IMG/VR virus record: IMGVR_UViG_3300030380_002827
DNA length: 64,000 nt
Strand: one strand, 5' to 3'
DNA from: an uncultured virus (IMG/VR IMGVR_UViG_3300030380_002827)
Taxonomy: Duplodnaviria; Heunggongvirae; Uroviricota; Caudoviricetes
The translations under genes were made by a program, and so were the position numbers. The notes beneath the pieces were generated by a model. The model was not told where the DNA came from and searched no databases. It was given only the letters and a program-made list of their open reading frames with translations. Of this stretch, positions 7,999 through 16,650 are shown one piece after another (within the stretch, counting starts at the first letter, position 1; the number at the start of each line of letters is the position of its first letter).

Positions 7999-9380
7999 TA
8001 GAATTTCAACGTTGCGAACTTGTCTTTAATCTTTTTAGATTCATCATTATTATACTCCTCATCCTGTCCACTGTCAACTATATCATCCTGAGCACTCTGG
8101 TCACAATCAAATAGTTTCATTTTTGAACGATCAATACCAATAACAAATCTCTTATTCATATTGATATCATTGTATCTATTCTTCAACTGTTTGACCATGA
8201 TTTGATTTACTTCCTCTAATTCCTCCGTAGAAATAAGAGCAAACATAAGGTCGGCAGTAGCGGGAAGACCGAATGACTCAGAGGTATCTGTAAGATCAAC
8301 GTCACTGTTACTATACCCACTACGAGTGGTTTGAGTTGCGGATACGATGGGAACATCTGTTTCGACTGCAAGGCCTCTAAGTTCTTCAGCGATTGCTTTG
8401 ATGTAGGAGTATGAGTTGACATTAGAACCAGCCCTATAACGTGATGATGCACATATATTTAAGTAATCAATGAAGATAATGTCAGGTTTGAAAGACTTTT
8501 TAAGTGCAAGTTCATTCAACAAACCTTTGAAATGTCCTGAGTGTGCAGCAGCGGTAGGATACTCTTTGATGATAAGATTACCTTGAGTCTTTTCTGACAA
8601 TTTAGTAACCTTAGTTTCAAACATCTGACGAGGAATCTCTGTCAACTGTTGTACAGGTATGTTTAAAAGATTAGCATCAATTCTTTCAGCAATCTTCTCC
8701 TCAGCCATCTCAAGCGTGATGTATAATACGTTCTTGCCTTGGAGTAACACACTGCTTGCGACATGACACATAAACAAAGACTTACCAACACCAGTGCCAG
8801 CGAGAGCAATATTGAGTGTTTTATTTGGAAGGCCACCCTTTGTAATCTTGTTGAAAAATTCGAGGTCAAACTCGATTCTATCTTCCTTCTTGTGGTAGAA
8901 GTCAAATCTCTCCTCATAATCTTCTAGGTAATCGTGTCCAACATGGTTATCAAACCCAACAGCAAGTGCATCTGATAGGATAGCAGGGATAGCATCAACA
9001 CCTTTCTTGATGTCATGACCATCTGCAATAGAGATACTCTCGACCAGTGCAAGATAGATTGCTCTTTCTTTACACCACTTCTCTGTAGTATCTATCAACC
9101 AATCATCTACTGCATCTTCTTTACTTGTCTGATTCAGGCAATCTAAAATTTCTTTGTAGGTATCATCATTGATATCTTTTCTCTTCTCACATTCAATGGA
9201 GAGGATCTCTACAGTAGGGCACTTGTCATAGTCTACAATAAACCTTGCACACTCTTCAAATATAATCTTGTCTGTTGTCTTATCAAAGTAATCAGGTTTC
9301 AGAAAAGGCAATACCTTCCTAGTATAATCCTCATTAAATATGAGATTCTTGATGATCGTATTTTCAATAGTTTCAATCAT
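7998..9380 (-). CDS. gp41: Replicative DNA helicase gp41
   Basis: Walker A AGTGVGKS, IFIDYLN, SATQTTR, TSESFGLPATAD; start MIETIEN at 9380 via ATGA overlap. Confidence 0.96.
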   Translation of the reverse strand: MIETIENTIIKNLIFNEDYTRKVLPFLKPDYFDKTTDKIIFEECARFIVDYDKCPTVEILSIECEKRKDINDDTYKEILDCLNQTSKEDAVDDWLIDTTEKWCKERAIYLALVESISIADGHDIKKGVDAIPAILSDALAVGFDNHVGHDYLEDYEERFDFYHKKEDRIEFDLEFFNKITKGGLPNKTLNIALAGTGVGKSLFMCHVASSVLLQGKNVLYITLEMAEEKIAERIDANLLNIPVQQLTEIPRQMFETKVTKLSEKTQGNLIIKEYPTAAAHSGHFKGLLNELALKKSFKPDIIFIDYLNICASSRYRAGSNVNSYSYIKAIAEELRGLAVETDVPIVSATQTTRSGYSNSDVDLTDTSESFGLPATADLMFALISTEELEEVNQIMVKQLKNRYNDINMNKRFVIGIDRSKMKLFDCDQSAQDDIVDSGQDEEYNNDESKKIKDKFATLKF

Positions 9381-9919
9381 TGATAATGAAGATATGTACT
9401 CATGATGTACTTTGGTGATCCGCCCTTGACAGGATATCCTCTGTGTGGATATTGCCATGTGGGTGGGAATACTAACACTTTACCAGTTTCAGGCGAAACT
9501 GTCAATTCATTGTAAGGAAAATCAGTCTCTCCTCCTACAAAATCGTCATTAAGATAAAAGAGAAAAGCAAGATATCTCTTTGCACTCATATGATCTTGAA
9601 CATCAGTATGTAATCCAAACTGGTCATCGCCTGGATCATACTTTTTGATTCTAAATTCTTCAAAGAAAAATCTATCAGGAAACCACTCCACATATTCTGG
9701 TAGATCTTTCTTATATTGTTTTATTACATCTACAGTTTTATAACACAATAGTTGTACAAACTTATCAAACTTACCAGCCGTGTTTAAATTTACCTGAGTA
9801 AAATCAGGCACTCCACCATTCTCTACTCTCTGTTTTTTCTCACAGTTTTCGTATATTTCTATGATAGATTTGCATAATGATTCATCAAAAACCTCATAGG
9901 TCTTGATGAATTTATCCAT
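9377..9919 (-). CDS. 2OG-Fe(II) oxygenase (prolyl-4-hydroxylase-like)
   Basis: FGLHTD, FYLNDDFVGGETDF, FPPTWQYPHRG, KYIMSTY; start MDKFIK at 9919. Confidence 0.88.
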   Translation of the reverse strand: MDKFIKTYEVFDESLCKSIIEIYENCEKKQRVENGGVPDFTQVNLNTAGKFDKFVQLLCYKTVDVIKQYKKDLPEYVEWFPDRFFFEEFRIKKYDPGDDQFGLHTDVQDHMSAKRYLAFLFYLNDDFVGGETDFPYNELTVSPETGKVLVFPPTWQYPHRGYPVKGGSPKYIMSTYLHYQ

Positions 9920-10913
9920 AGCTGAACGTCTCCCCTGCAATCTCCTCCAACTTTGCCATAACTTCGTCAGTAAAATATTCTTCGGGGGAAGCCAGTATTT
10001 TCTTTGCGTAGACTTTCTTGCCGTCGATTTCGTATCTTCCAGCAACATTTTTCCAGAGTCCGCCAAGTTCTCCTAGTTCGAGTAGTCCATAATATCTATC
10101 CAAACCACGTTCATCATAGTATAACCTTATGGATACTTCCTTGTTTTCTTTACTCAGACGCGACTTGTGTGTCTTAGCTTTAATAATATTTCCAACGACT
10201 TCCGTTCCTTCCTTTTCCTTAGCTTTTCTGAGATAAATGATTGTGCTTGCCGCATACTTGAGGCCGCTGCCTCCGCCCATCTCTTTGGTGGGAACGTATG
10301 ATCCGATAACATCATAGGTATGATTGGTAACGATTAGTGGAATGTTTGCTTGACCAAGTTTAAGAGTCAACATTCTAAATGCACCTTTGACAAGTTGAGA
10401 TTTAGTCATATCTCTTACTTGTTTATCATCTAACGCATCACGAATCTCTTTCTCAGTAGAAAGCATGCCTAGAGAATCCAATACAAACATACATGGTTTG
10501 CGATTCTCTTCATCTGTCTTAAGGTATATATCTACTGCTTTGAGTGCCTTTGATCTAAACTCTTCAATCGTTACCACATTGACAACAACGAGCCTTTGGA
10601 GATCAATTCCTCTAGACTCAAGTAGTCCCCTATTGACAGCAGCTTCAGTGTCAAAATATAAACAATACCCATCAGGGTTATTGTCAAGGAAATTTTTAAC
10701 GACAGCGAGGCTGAAGAAAGTTTTTCCAGTAGAAGACTCCCCAGCAATAGCAGTAATCTTGTTCCTAGATACACCACCAAATATACTACCTGATACGAGT
10801 CCGTTAAAAATGTACGAACCTGTGTCAATAAATTCTTCAGTCGATTCTGCCTCGGAGGCAAGTTGGGTGTACTCATCTCCAATCTCTTTTACAATTTCTT
10901 TTAAAAAATCCAT
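9912..10913 (-). CDS. uvsX: RecA-like recombinase UvsX
   Basis: AGESSTGKT, FDTEAA, VLDSLGML, MGGGSGLKYAAS. Confidence 0.96.
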   Translation of the reverse strand: MDFLKEIVKEIGDEYTQLASEAESTEEFIDTGSYIFNGLVSGSIFGGVSRNKITAIAGESSTGKTFFSLAVVKNFLDNNPDGYCLYFDTEAAVNRGLLESRGIDLQRLVVVNVVTIEEFRSKALKAVDIYLKTDEENRKPCMFVLDSLGMLSTEKEIRDALDDKQVRDMTKSQLVKGAFRMLTLKLGQANIPLIVTNHTYDVIGSYVPTKEMGGGSGLKYAASTIIYLRKAKEKEGTEVVGNIIKAKTHKSRLSKENKEVSIRLYYDERGLDRYYGLLELGELGGLWKNVAGRYEIDGKKVYAKKILASPEEYFTDEVMAKLEEIAGETFSYG

Positions 10914-10928
10914 AATGATTTACTTCTG

Positions 10929-11591
10929 TTATAATTCTACCACAGACCACAATAAATTACCAGCGATTGATATTCTTGGTTCATCTGTGTTATAAAATGG
11001 ATACACTTGATGATGTAGATTAGATGGGAATAACATCATAGCACCTTCCATTTCTGGACTCATGAAGATAGGAAACTCAATAGTGTTTCCTAGAACATCA
11101 GTATAGGTAAACTGAAAGTCTGATGCGGCTTTTGAATGAAATGGCAGATTGTGTTGTTCCACATAATCTGTTGGGATCTTCATCCAGATCACAAATGATG
11201 TGATGCCTGTATGACCGTGTTCGGGATTGAACTCAGTTTGATATTGATAGTTTACCCACCAATTTAATCTGAACTCTGTTGTAAGTTTGTGATCCAACTT
11301 TGGGTCAATATCTATGGGAGGAAAGTAATGCTTTGGGTCTTCATCTATCAACCTTTGTGTTAGAGGACCTACAACTTGATCTCTGAATTTGTTATCAGGG
11401 TCTTTCAATCCCAAACTGCCAGTTATATTACCAGCAAGTCTGTAACTGTAATCGTTACTATTATTGACATTATCTTTCTCCGCCTGTTTTACAACAGACC
11501 AAAGATAAGACATCCAATCTTCACTAAGTTTAGTTTTATATATCGGAAGGTTAGGTAATTGAAACGCTTCCCATGATACTTCACTTGTCAT
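10929..11591 (-). CDS. Putative 2OG-Fe(II) oxygenase
   Basis: WVNYQYQTEFNPEHGH...LFPSNLHHQVYPF...RISIAGN; start MTSEVSW at 11591. Confidence 0.8.
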   Translation of the reverse strand: MTSEVSWEAFQLPNLPIYKTKLSEDWMSYLWSVVKQAEKDNVNNSNDYSYRLAGNITGSLGLKDPDNKFRDQVVGPLTQRLIDEDPKHYFPPIDIDPKLDHKLTTEFRLNWWVNYQYQTEFNPEHGHTGITSFVIWMKIPTDYVEQHNLPFHSKAASDFQFTYTDVLGNTIEFPIFMSPEMEGAMMLFPSNLHHQVYPFYNTDEPRISIAGNLLWSVVEL

Positions 11592-11739
11592 GTTTGTTTG
11601 GATAAAACACTTGAACGAATGATTCACACTTAGGGCATGAAAGATTAGTCACTATAGAATACTCATCTTCACAATGGTAATCTTCAGCGTCAAAGTCTGA
11701 ACCCCATATTAGTTCAGTATTGCAATGCCAACAATTCAT
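11581..11739 (-). CDS. Small zinc-ribbon protein (52 aa)
   Basis: Manual translation MNCWHCNTELIWGSDFD...NLSCPKCESFVQVFYP; two CxxC motifs. Confidence 0.75.
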   Translation of the reverse strand: MNCWHCNTELIWGSDFDAEDYHCEDEYSIVTNLSCPKCESFVQVFYPNKHDK

Positions 11740-11819
11740 TTCTTAAAGACTCCAAATTTAGCAAGAAGATATACTGACAATATTGTCCAGAATACAACTT
11801 CTAATCCTATGTTGTTCAT
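11736..11819 (-). CDS. Micro membrane protein (27 aa)
   Basis: MNNIGLEVVFWTILSVYLLAKFGVFKK; start and stop overlap both neighbours. Confidence 0.6.
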   Translation of the reverse strand: MNNIGLEVVFWTILSVYLLAKFGVFKK

Positions 11820-12283
11820 TAGATCCCCACTATTTTTCTTTGTCTTTCAAAGTAGTTATGGAGCAACCATGAACTACTATTTTTCTTATCCGTTCCACCC
11901 ACACCAAACTCCATCTCTACTCTAGGATCATCACCAAACTTATCCATCTCTGGTGTATTACCTTTACCACGGTCACCTCCATTGGCAAAGACAACAGTTT
12001 GTGCGATCTCTAAACATCTTTCGATTGCATGACAGGCGGAACCATGTTCATCATCCTCTACTGTAATCACGGCATCAACTACATCCAAGTGACGAATGAT
12101 CTCTGCACGTTCTTTCCATGACATGAAGTATTGTCCTTTCTTCTTAGTCAACCATTCTTCCGTGTTCAACCCCACTACTAGGTAATTTGTAAGATCTTTT
12201 GCTTGCTCGAAGTAAGCAATGTGGCCACTATGAAGAGGATCAAAACCGCCTGTGACTAGAGTAAGTATTCTCTTCTTAGTCAT
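11819..12283 (-). CDS. Small cytidylyl/adenylyltransferase (TagD/RfaE-like)
   Basis: TGGFDPLHSGH, LVVGLN, FANGGDR, KKNSSSW. Confidence 0.88.
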   Translation of the reverse strand: MTKKRILTLVTGGFDPLHSGHIAYFEQAKDLTNYLVVGLNTEEWLTKKKGQYFMSWKERAEIIRHLDVVDAVITVEDDEHGSACHAIERCLEIAQTVVFANGGDRGKGNTPEMDKFGDDPRVEMEFGVGGTDKKNSSSWLLHNYFERQRKIVGI

Positions 12284-12440
12284 CAAACTCTCCTTTTCTA
12301 GCTAAGTATACTTTAACATCATTATACTGCTTTTGTATACTTTGTGCAAACCAATTTGCTGGATCTCTTGATTCAAAGACTTTCATCTGTCTATCAGAAA
12401 ATAGTCCATCATCAGACCAGCATACTATGTATTTTGTCAT
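12276..12440 (-). CDS. Hypothetical protein (54 aa)
   Basis: MTKYIVCWSDDGLFSDRQMKVFESRD...; ATGA overlap with the gp43 stop. Confidence 0.6.
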   Translation of the reverse strand: MTKYIVCWSDDGLFSDRQMKVFESRDPANWFAQSIQKQYNDVKVYLARKGEFDD

Positions 12441-14941
12441 GCGAAGAATGATTCAAGTGTGTTCTTGCGTTCGGTCTCCCAACCAATGCAATCAAGGATA
12501 ACCTTTACAGGTTCCATAAACGACTTATTGAACTGTAGTTCGTAGTCAATATGTTTATCTAGGTCAAGTTCCGTAGGGAAATCTTGAATGAAAGATATAA
12601 CATTTTCGTGCATCCAATTAGGTGTCTTTAGGTAGCAGAACTTGATCTTCTCACCGTTTTGAATAGCAGCGTATTTATTGGTCAACTCTTTCTTCTTTGT
12701 GTAGTGATTATATAAGATTGCACCACGAACATGAATAGGACATCCCTTATGATACATGTCTGTGGATGACTTCCATTTCTCCACATTAGATAGACTACGA
12801 GGAAATGCAACTTCCTCTGGCGATAATGATTTGAACTCCTCCCTACACTGTTCAATATAATCAATCACTTCATCTTCTGTACCAGACATCAAAAGTTTAA
12901 AGGCATCTTTCAAGAACTTACGACATGGTGCAGGGGTAGAAGTTTTGATTGCTTCAATACCCATGATCTTAAGTTTTGCCTGTTCATATCTTACACCCTC
13001 ACTATCCCATACGTTAAGAATATATCTTTTCTTTGCAGTCCAAATACCACGATCAGCGATATTCTCCCGCTTCATGATCATCTTTTGATCGTAGGCGTTG
13101 ACGTACTCTGCCAATTCTTCGTAAGAACTTTCAATATAAGGCTCAAGTTGTTTTTCACACACCTTGTTAAGGAACGACACAATGCTTTCAGTAGCCGCCT
13201 CTCTCCCTTCGTATACACGGTCAACCAAAGGACCCATGTGCAAGTAAATAGAATCAGTATCACTAGCAATAACATAATCGATATCTTTTGTTTTTAAAAT
13301 AGTATTCATCTTCTGGTTTATTTTATTCTCAATCCATCGGATTGATACCTGTCCAGATAAGGTGATGGCCTCCGCGTTCGCAAGTTTGTAATAGCGAAAA
13401 TATTGATTACCAATAGCACCATAAGCACTATTGAGGGCAATCTTCTTGGACATTTGGACGTTGTTGCATCTCGCAATCTCCTTTTCAAGTTCTTTAGTAG
13501 GGGTTTTTTCATAGGCTTTTTTTGCTTTGATCATCCTCTTTTTGAAGATGACACGTTCGTTATACATCTTCTCCATCAACTCAGGTAGAAAACCTTTCTT
13601 GTCCTTACTAAACATTGCACCATTGGCACAAACTGCATAGTCCTTGTACATCTCAAAAGTAATCTCTTGATTGAGAAGTTTATCCACCGTGGCACTAGGA
13701 TGTTTCTTTTCCTGTAGTGTTTCTGGGGAGATGTTGTATTGCATAATCAAATGCGGATACAGTGAGTTCAAGTCAAAAGATACCACCCAGTCATACTTAC
13801 CAGGCTTAGGTTCTTTCACATACGCACCAGCATACTTCTCATCTTTCTTGTTACGATCCTTCTGTGGGATCACAATGTTTTTCTTTTTGAGATAGTTGTA
13901 GATAATCGCATCCCATGTGCGAACTTGAAACGCAACATCAGTGAAGTTGATCTTTGCGTCATAGGCACGAGTGCAACATAGATCAATCAACTTGAGTTTA
14001 TCCTCAAGACGGTCAACCAGTTCCACGTCAACGATGTTGTAATCTACAAACTTCTGCCAGTTCTTTGTATAGAACTCACGGAATGTGTCAAACTCACTGT
14101 GATCCAACTTCTGTTGACCGAGTTCCATCATAGCAATATGATCCAATTTGAAACTCTCTTGGTTTGAAGTTGCAGGGGATTTTTTGTATAGATCCAAGTA
14201 ATCAATTACAGATATGCCTGCAAGATCAAATACAATGTTTGCCCGACCCATTATTGTGATTTCATTCTTTCTTACAATGCCCCAAGGAGAGAACTTCTTG
14301 GCCATCTTCTCACCCATAAGACGTTCTACCCTACCTACAAGGTAAGGGATATCATACAGTTCACAGTTCCACCCTGTAATGACCTCAGGCGTGTGTTTCT
14401 GCCACCACTCTAGGAATGTATAGATCAGACCTTCCTCGTTATGGCAGTCAATGTAAGAGTAGTTCTTTCTGTTTGGATTGGTCTTATATGGACGCGATCC
14501 AAAGGTAGTAATTCTTTTAGTATTGTAATCTTGTACCGTGATTAGAAGTAATTCTTCTGCACAATTAAAGACATCGGGGAATCCACTCTCTGCGGCAACC
14601 TCGATGTCAATAGTTACTAGATTAATTTTGCTCAGATCAAACTTGATCTCATTCTCTGGGTAATTATCAGAGATATATTGATGCACATACCTCTCATTAC
14701 CATATACATTGAAGTTTTTTACCTGTGAATACTTATCAATAAACTCCCTACAATCCTTGATTGTGCCAGGTTTGATTGGTTCTACAGGTTGACCGTCAAG
14801 AGTCTTCCACTTACTTCTTTTCTTTGTAGGCACATAAAAGGTAGGATGAAACTCCTCCCTGTCACTAAAATGCTTTCCATTGTCATATCCTCTAACCAGC
14901 ATACTGTTGCCGATCTGGAAAACATTAGTGTAGAATTTCAT
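12437..14941 (-). CDS. gp43: Family B DNA polymerase gp43
   Basis: Exo I DIEV, SFDLNSLYPH, KIALNSAYGAIG, ASDTDS; 834 aa, no intein. Confidence 0.98.
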   Translation of the reverse strand: MKFYTNVFQIGNSMLVRGYDNGKHFSDREEFHPTFYVPTKKRSKWKTLDGQPVEPIKPGTIKDCREFIDKYSQVKNFNVYGNERYVHQYISDNYPENEIKFDLSKINLVTIDIEVAAESGFPDVFNCAEELLLITVQDYNTKRITTFGSRPYKTNPNRKNYSYIDCHNEEGLIYTFLEWWQKHTPEVITGWNCELYDIPYLVGRVERLMGEKMAKKFSPWGIVRKNEITIMGRANIVFDLAGISVIDYLDLYKKSPATSNQESFKLDHIAMMELGQQKLDHSEFDTFREFYTKNWQKFVDYNIVDVELVDRLEDKLKLIDLCCTRAYDAKINFTDVAFQVRTWDAIIYNYLKKKNIVIPQKDRNKKDEKYAGAYVKEPKPGKYDWVVSFDLNSLYPHLIMQYNISPETLQEKKHPSATVDKLLNQEITFEMYKDYAVCANGAMFSKDKKGFLPELMEKMYNERVIFKKRMIKAKKAYEKTPTKELEKEIARCNNVQMSKKIALNSAYGAIGNQYFRYYKLANAEAITLSGQVSIRWIENKINQKMNTILKTKDIDYVIASDTDSIYLHMGPLVDRVYEGREAATESIVSFLNKVCEKQLEPYIESSYEELAEYVNAYDQKMIMKRENIADRGIWTAKKRYILNVWDSEGVRYEQAKLKIMGIEAIKTSTPAPCRKFLKDAFKLLMSGTEDEVIDYIEQCREEFKSLSPEEVAFPRSLSNVEKWKSSTDMYHKGCPIHVRGAILYNHYTKKKELTNKYAAIQNGEKIKFCYLKTPNWMHENVISFIQDFPTELDLDKHIDYELQFNKSFMEPVKVILDCIGWETERKNTLESFFA

Positions 14942-15198
14942 GCGGTTGCCAGTTTCAAGTAAGAATCAATGAGTTCTCGGTGTGGTTCCACCAATGTTAC
15001 TATTTTATCAGAACATATCATAATTTCAACGTCATCTGTCACTTTCTTTAACCAAGGTGACATATCATCACCATCAAGTGCATAAGGTGATACAAGTTTG
15101 CAGTTTGGATCTCCGATATCAACAGCGGCTACTTCCTCTATTCCTGAGATAAGAACGTCGCCATTAACTAGGATTAGTATCTTTACTTCCTGTTCCAT
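14938..15198 (-). CDS. Small Sm-like beta-barrel hypothetical protein
   Basis: VKILILVNGDVLISGIEE...PWL...SDKIVTLVEP; paralogous pattern to 15164..15499; fold inferred. Confidence 0.65.
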   Translation of the reverse strand: MEQEVKILILVNGDVLISGIEEVAAVDIGDPNCKLVSPYALDGDDMSPWLKKVTDDVEIMICSDKIVTLVEPHRELIDSYLKLATA

Positions 15199-15499
15199 AA
15201 ATTTTAGTCTCGTAGGATTGTTTTACCATAGGTTTTGGTTCTACTATCGCAACAACCCAGCTTGGGTCAATAGATATCTTTCTCTCATCAGATAAAGGCA
15301 TCCAAGGATAGTATTGTACACTATATTGTGTCTCTCCTTCCTCTTGTCCTTCTGTAAGTAACACAGGTGCTTCAACCAACTTACAACAGTAGGCATTTTC
15401 AAGAACGATGAAGATGGGTTTTTCATTCTCATCTACAAGTTCTTTTACATCTGCGATGACTTCTTCATTAGATTTTAGTAGAACTAGTTTGACGGTCAT
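15164..15499 (-). CDS. Small Sm-like beta-barrel hypothetical protein
   Basis: VKLVLLKSNEEVIADVKE...PWMPLS...WVVAIVEP; fold inferred. Confidence 0.7.
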   Translation of the reverse strand: MTVKLVLLKSNEEVIADVKELVDENEKPIFIVLENAYCCKLVEAPVLLTEGQEEGETQYSVQYYPWMPLSDERKISIDPSWVVAIVEPKPMVKQSYETKIYGTGSKDTNPS

Positions 15500-15521
15500 T
15501 GCACCAGTATATAGTTTGCAA

Positions 15522-15592
15522 AGCGGATGGATGGTATTGCACCACCGTCTACAAGTTGGAAACCTGTCGTAATACTTTTATACGACATCCGC
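15522..15592 (-). tRNA. tRNA-Gly(TCC), atypical D/T loops, CCA not encoded
   Basis: Cloverleaf: acceptor GCGGATG/CATCCGC plus U73, anticodon stem ACAGG/CTTGT with loop TTTCCAA, T stem GGTGG/CCATC with loop TGCAATA. Confidence 0.85.
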
Positions 15593-15646
15593 ATGAAAGA
15601 CCATCTGCCCCACTCAAGAGTTGCATCTTAGGTCTTGAAAAAAAGG

Positions 15647-15819
15647 GGGGAGGTTGGGTTCCTGTGTACCAACAAGAGGAGGGCATTTCTACAGTTTAGA
15701 ATTACTCCTCTGCATGAGACCTACTTGGTTTGTAGTTCTACTGTTCCCAGCAGCGGGCACCACCCCTGTCTCATCACCTTAACCAGCTATATGCCAGTAA
15801 GTTTATTCAGTCACTCCCA
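15647..15819 (-). ncRNA. manA RNA motif-like structured RNA
   Basis: GGGAGTGACTGAATAAACTTACTGGC...GGTTAAGGTGATGAGAC...GTCTC...TGTTGGTACACAGGAACCCAACCTCCC matches my recollection of the manA consensus; helices GGGAG/CTCCC, GAGAC/GTCTC, CTGCTG-GGAA-CAGTAG and AGAGGAG/CTCCTCT are visible. Confidence 0.8.
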
Positions 15820-15844
15820 GTAAGGTGATCAACCTTACAAAGTT

Positions 15845-15873
15845 ATTATAGTAGGATCTGTGTAAGGTGTCAA
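15845..15873 (-). promoter_or_regulatory. Consensus sigma70 promoter driving the manA RNA/tRNA unit
   Basis: TTGACA (15873-15868), 17-bp spacer, TATAAT (15850-15845). Confidence 0.85.
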
Positions 15874-16562
15874 CCCCCTTTCATAAATCCATTTTTTTGT
15901 AACCATTCCTTAGTCATAGGTGTGGGTGGGTAGACTTCCCACATGTTACCATTAGCACATGCTTTCAATGCTCTCATTGTCATACCCTCAGTTTTCCCTG
16001 CCCAAAATGCTTCTTTCTCCCAAGGAATTGCTTTTGGACTTGCAGCATAAGTTCTAGTGGCAATGTCTTGCCAGATCTGAGGAACCTTATCTTCATCCAT
16101 GATAATAGCAATCATACTATTATCGATAGTCCCTGCCATACAATCTTGTGCAGCGTGCCATCCTTCATGTCGCATCACACTCATGAGTGCAGAAGGGCGA
16201 CCCATATATGCTTTGTTCAAAAAGAAATTATTACCAACTGTGTGATATACTCCACGATTTCCTACAGGAAAATATTTTTCATCTCCCAGATAAACTTTTA
16301 CTCCGACATAATTAAGTGCCACCAACATCTCATGGAATTCCCTAGACACATGATCAAAATTCCTATTATAATTATCAGAAATATCTGCAATGGAGAATAC
16401 TTCTTGGACACCCTCAGTACATTCTCGTAGCATCATACATCCCATTGCATCATTAGTGTACCATCCTTTAGTGATTTTACTTTCGATGGGTTTGGGTAAT
16501 GAATGTGCTAGTACAGGGGCGCTCAATGCAAGACCAATACATGTAGCAATGAACTTTTTCAC
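15870..16562 (-). CDS. Secreted HExxH zinc-metallopeptidase-like protein
   Basis: Signal-peptide-like N-terminus MKKFIATCIGLALSAPVLA; RHEGWHAAQDC and downstream WEKEA. Confidence 0.7.
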   Translation of the reverse strand: MKKFIATCIGLALSAPVLAHSLPKPIESKITKGWYTNDAMGCMMLRECTEGVQEVFSIADISDNYNRNFDHVSREFHEMLVALNYVGVKVYLGDEKYFPVGNRGVYHTVGNNFFLNKAYMGRPSALMSVMRHEGWHAAQDCMAGTIDNSMIAIIMDEDKVPQIWQDIATRTYAASPKAIPWEKEAFWAGKTEGMTMRALKACANGNMWEVYPPTPMTKEWLQKNGFMKGG

Positions 16563-16596
16563 GGATTACTCCCAAAATATACTCATATTATAACAC

Positions 16597-16624
16597 AAAA
16601 AAAGACCCCTGCATGGCAGAGGCC
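16597..16624 (-). terminator. Rho-independent terminator after hsp20
   Basis: GGCCTCTGC-CAT-GCAGGGGTC followed by T7. Confidence 0.75.
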
Positions 16625-16650
16625 TCGATCCATCTCGAACTAAATTATAT

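Noticed and set aside
9380..10066. Long N-terminal extensions on gp41 (to 9458) and on the oxygenase (to 10066) in the track
   Set aside because: Downstream ATGs at 9380 and 9919 give family-typical starts with normal short overlaps
15499..15823. Plus-strand ORFs 15499..15699 and 15635..15823
   Set aside because: They overlap the tRNA and manA-type RNA on the opposite strand; the non-coding interpretation is much better supported
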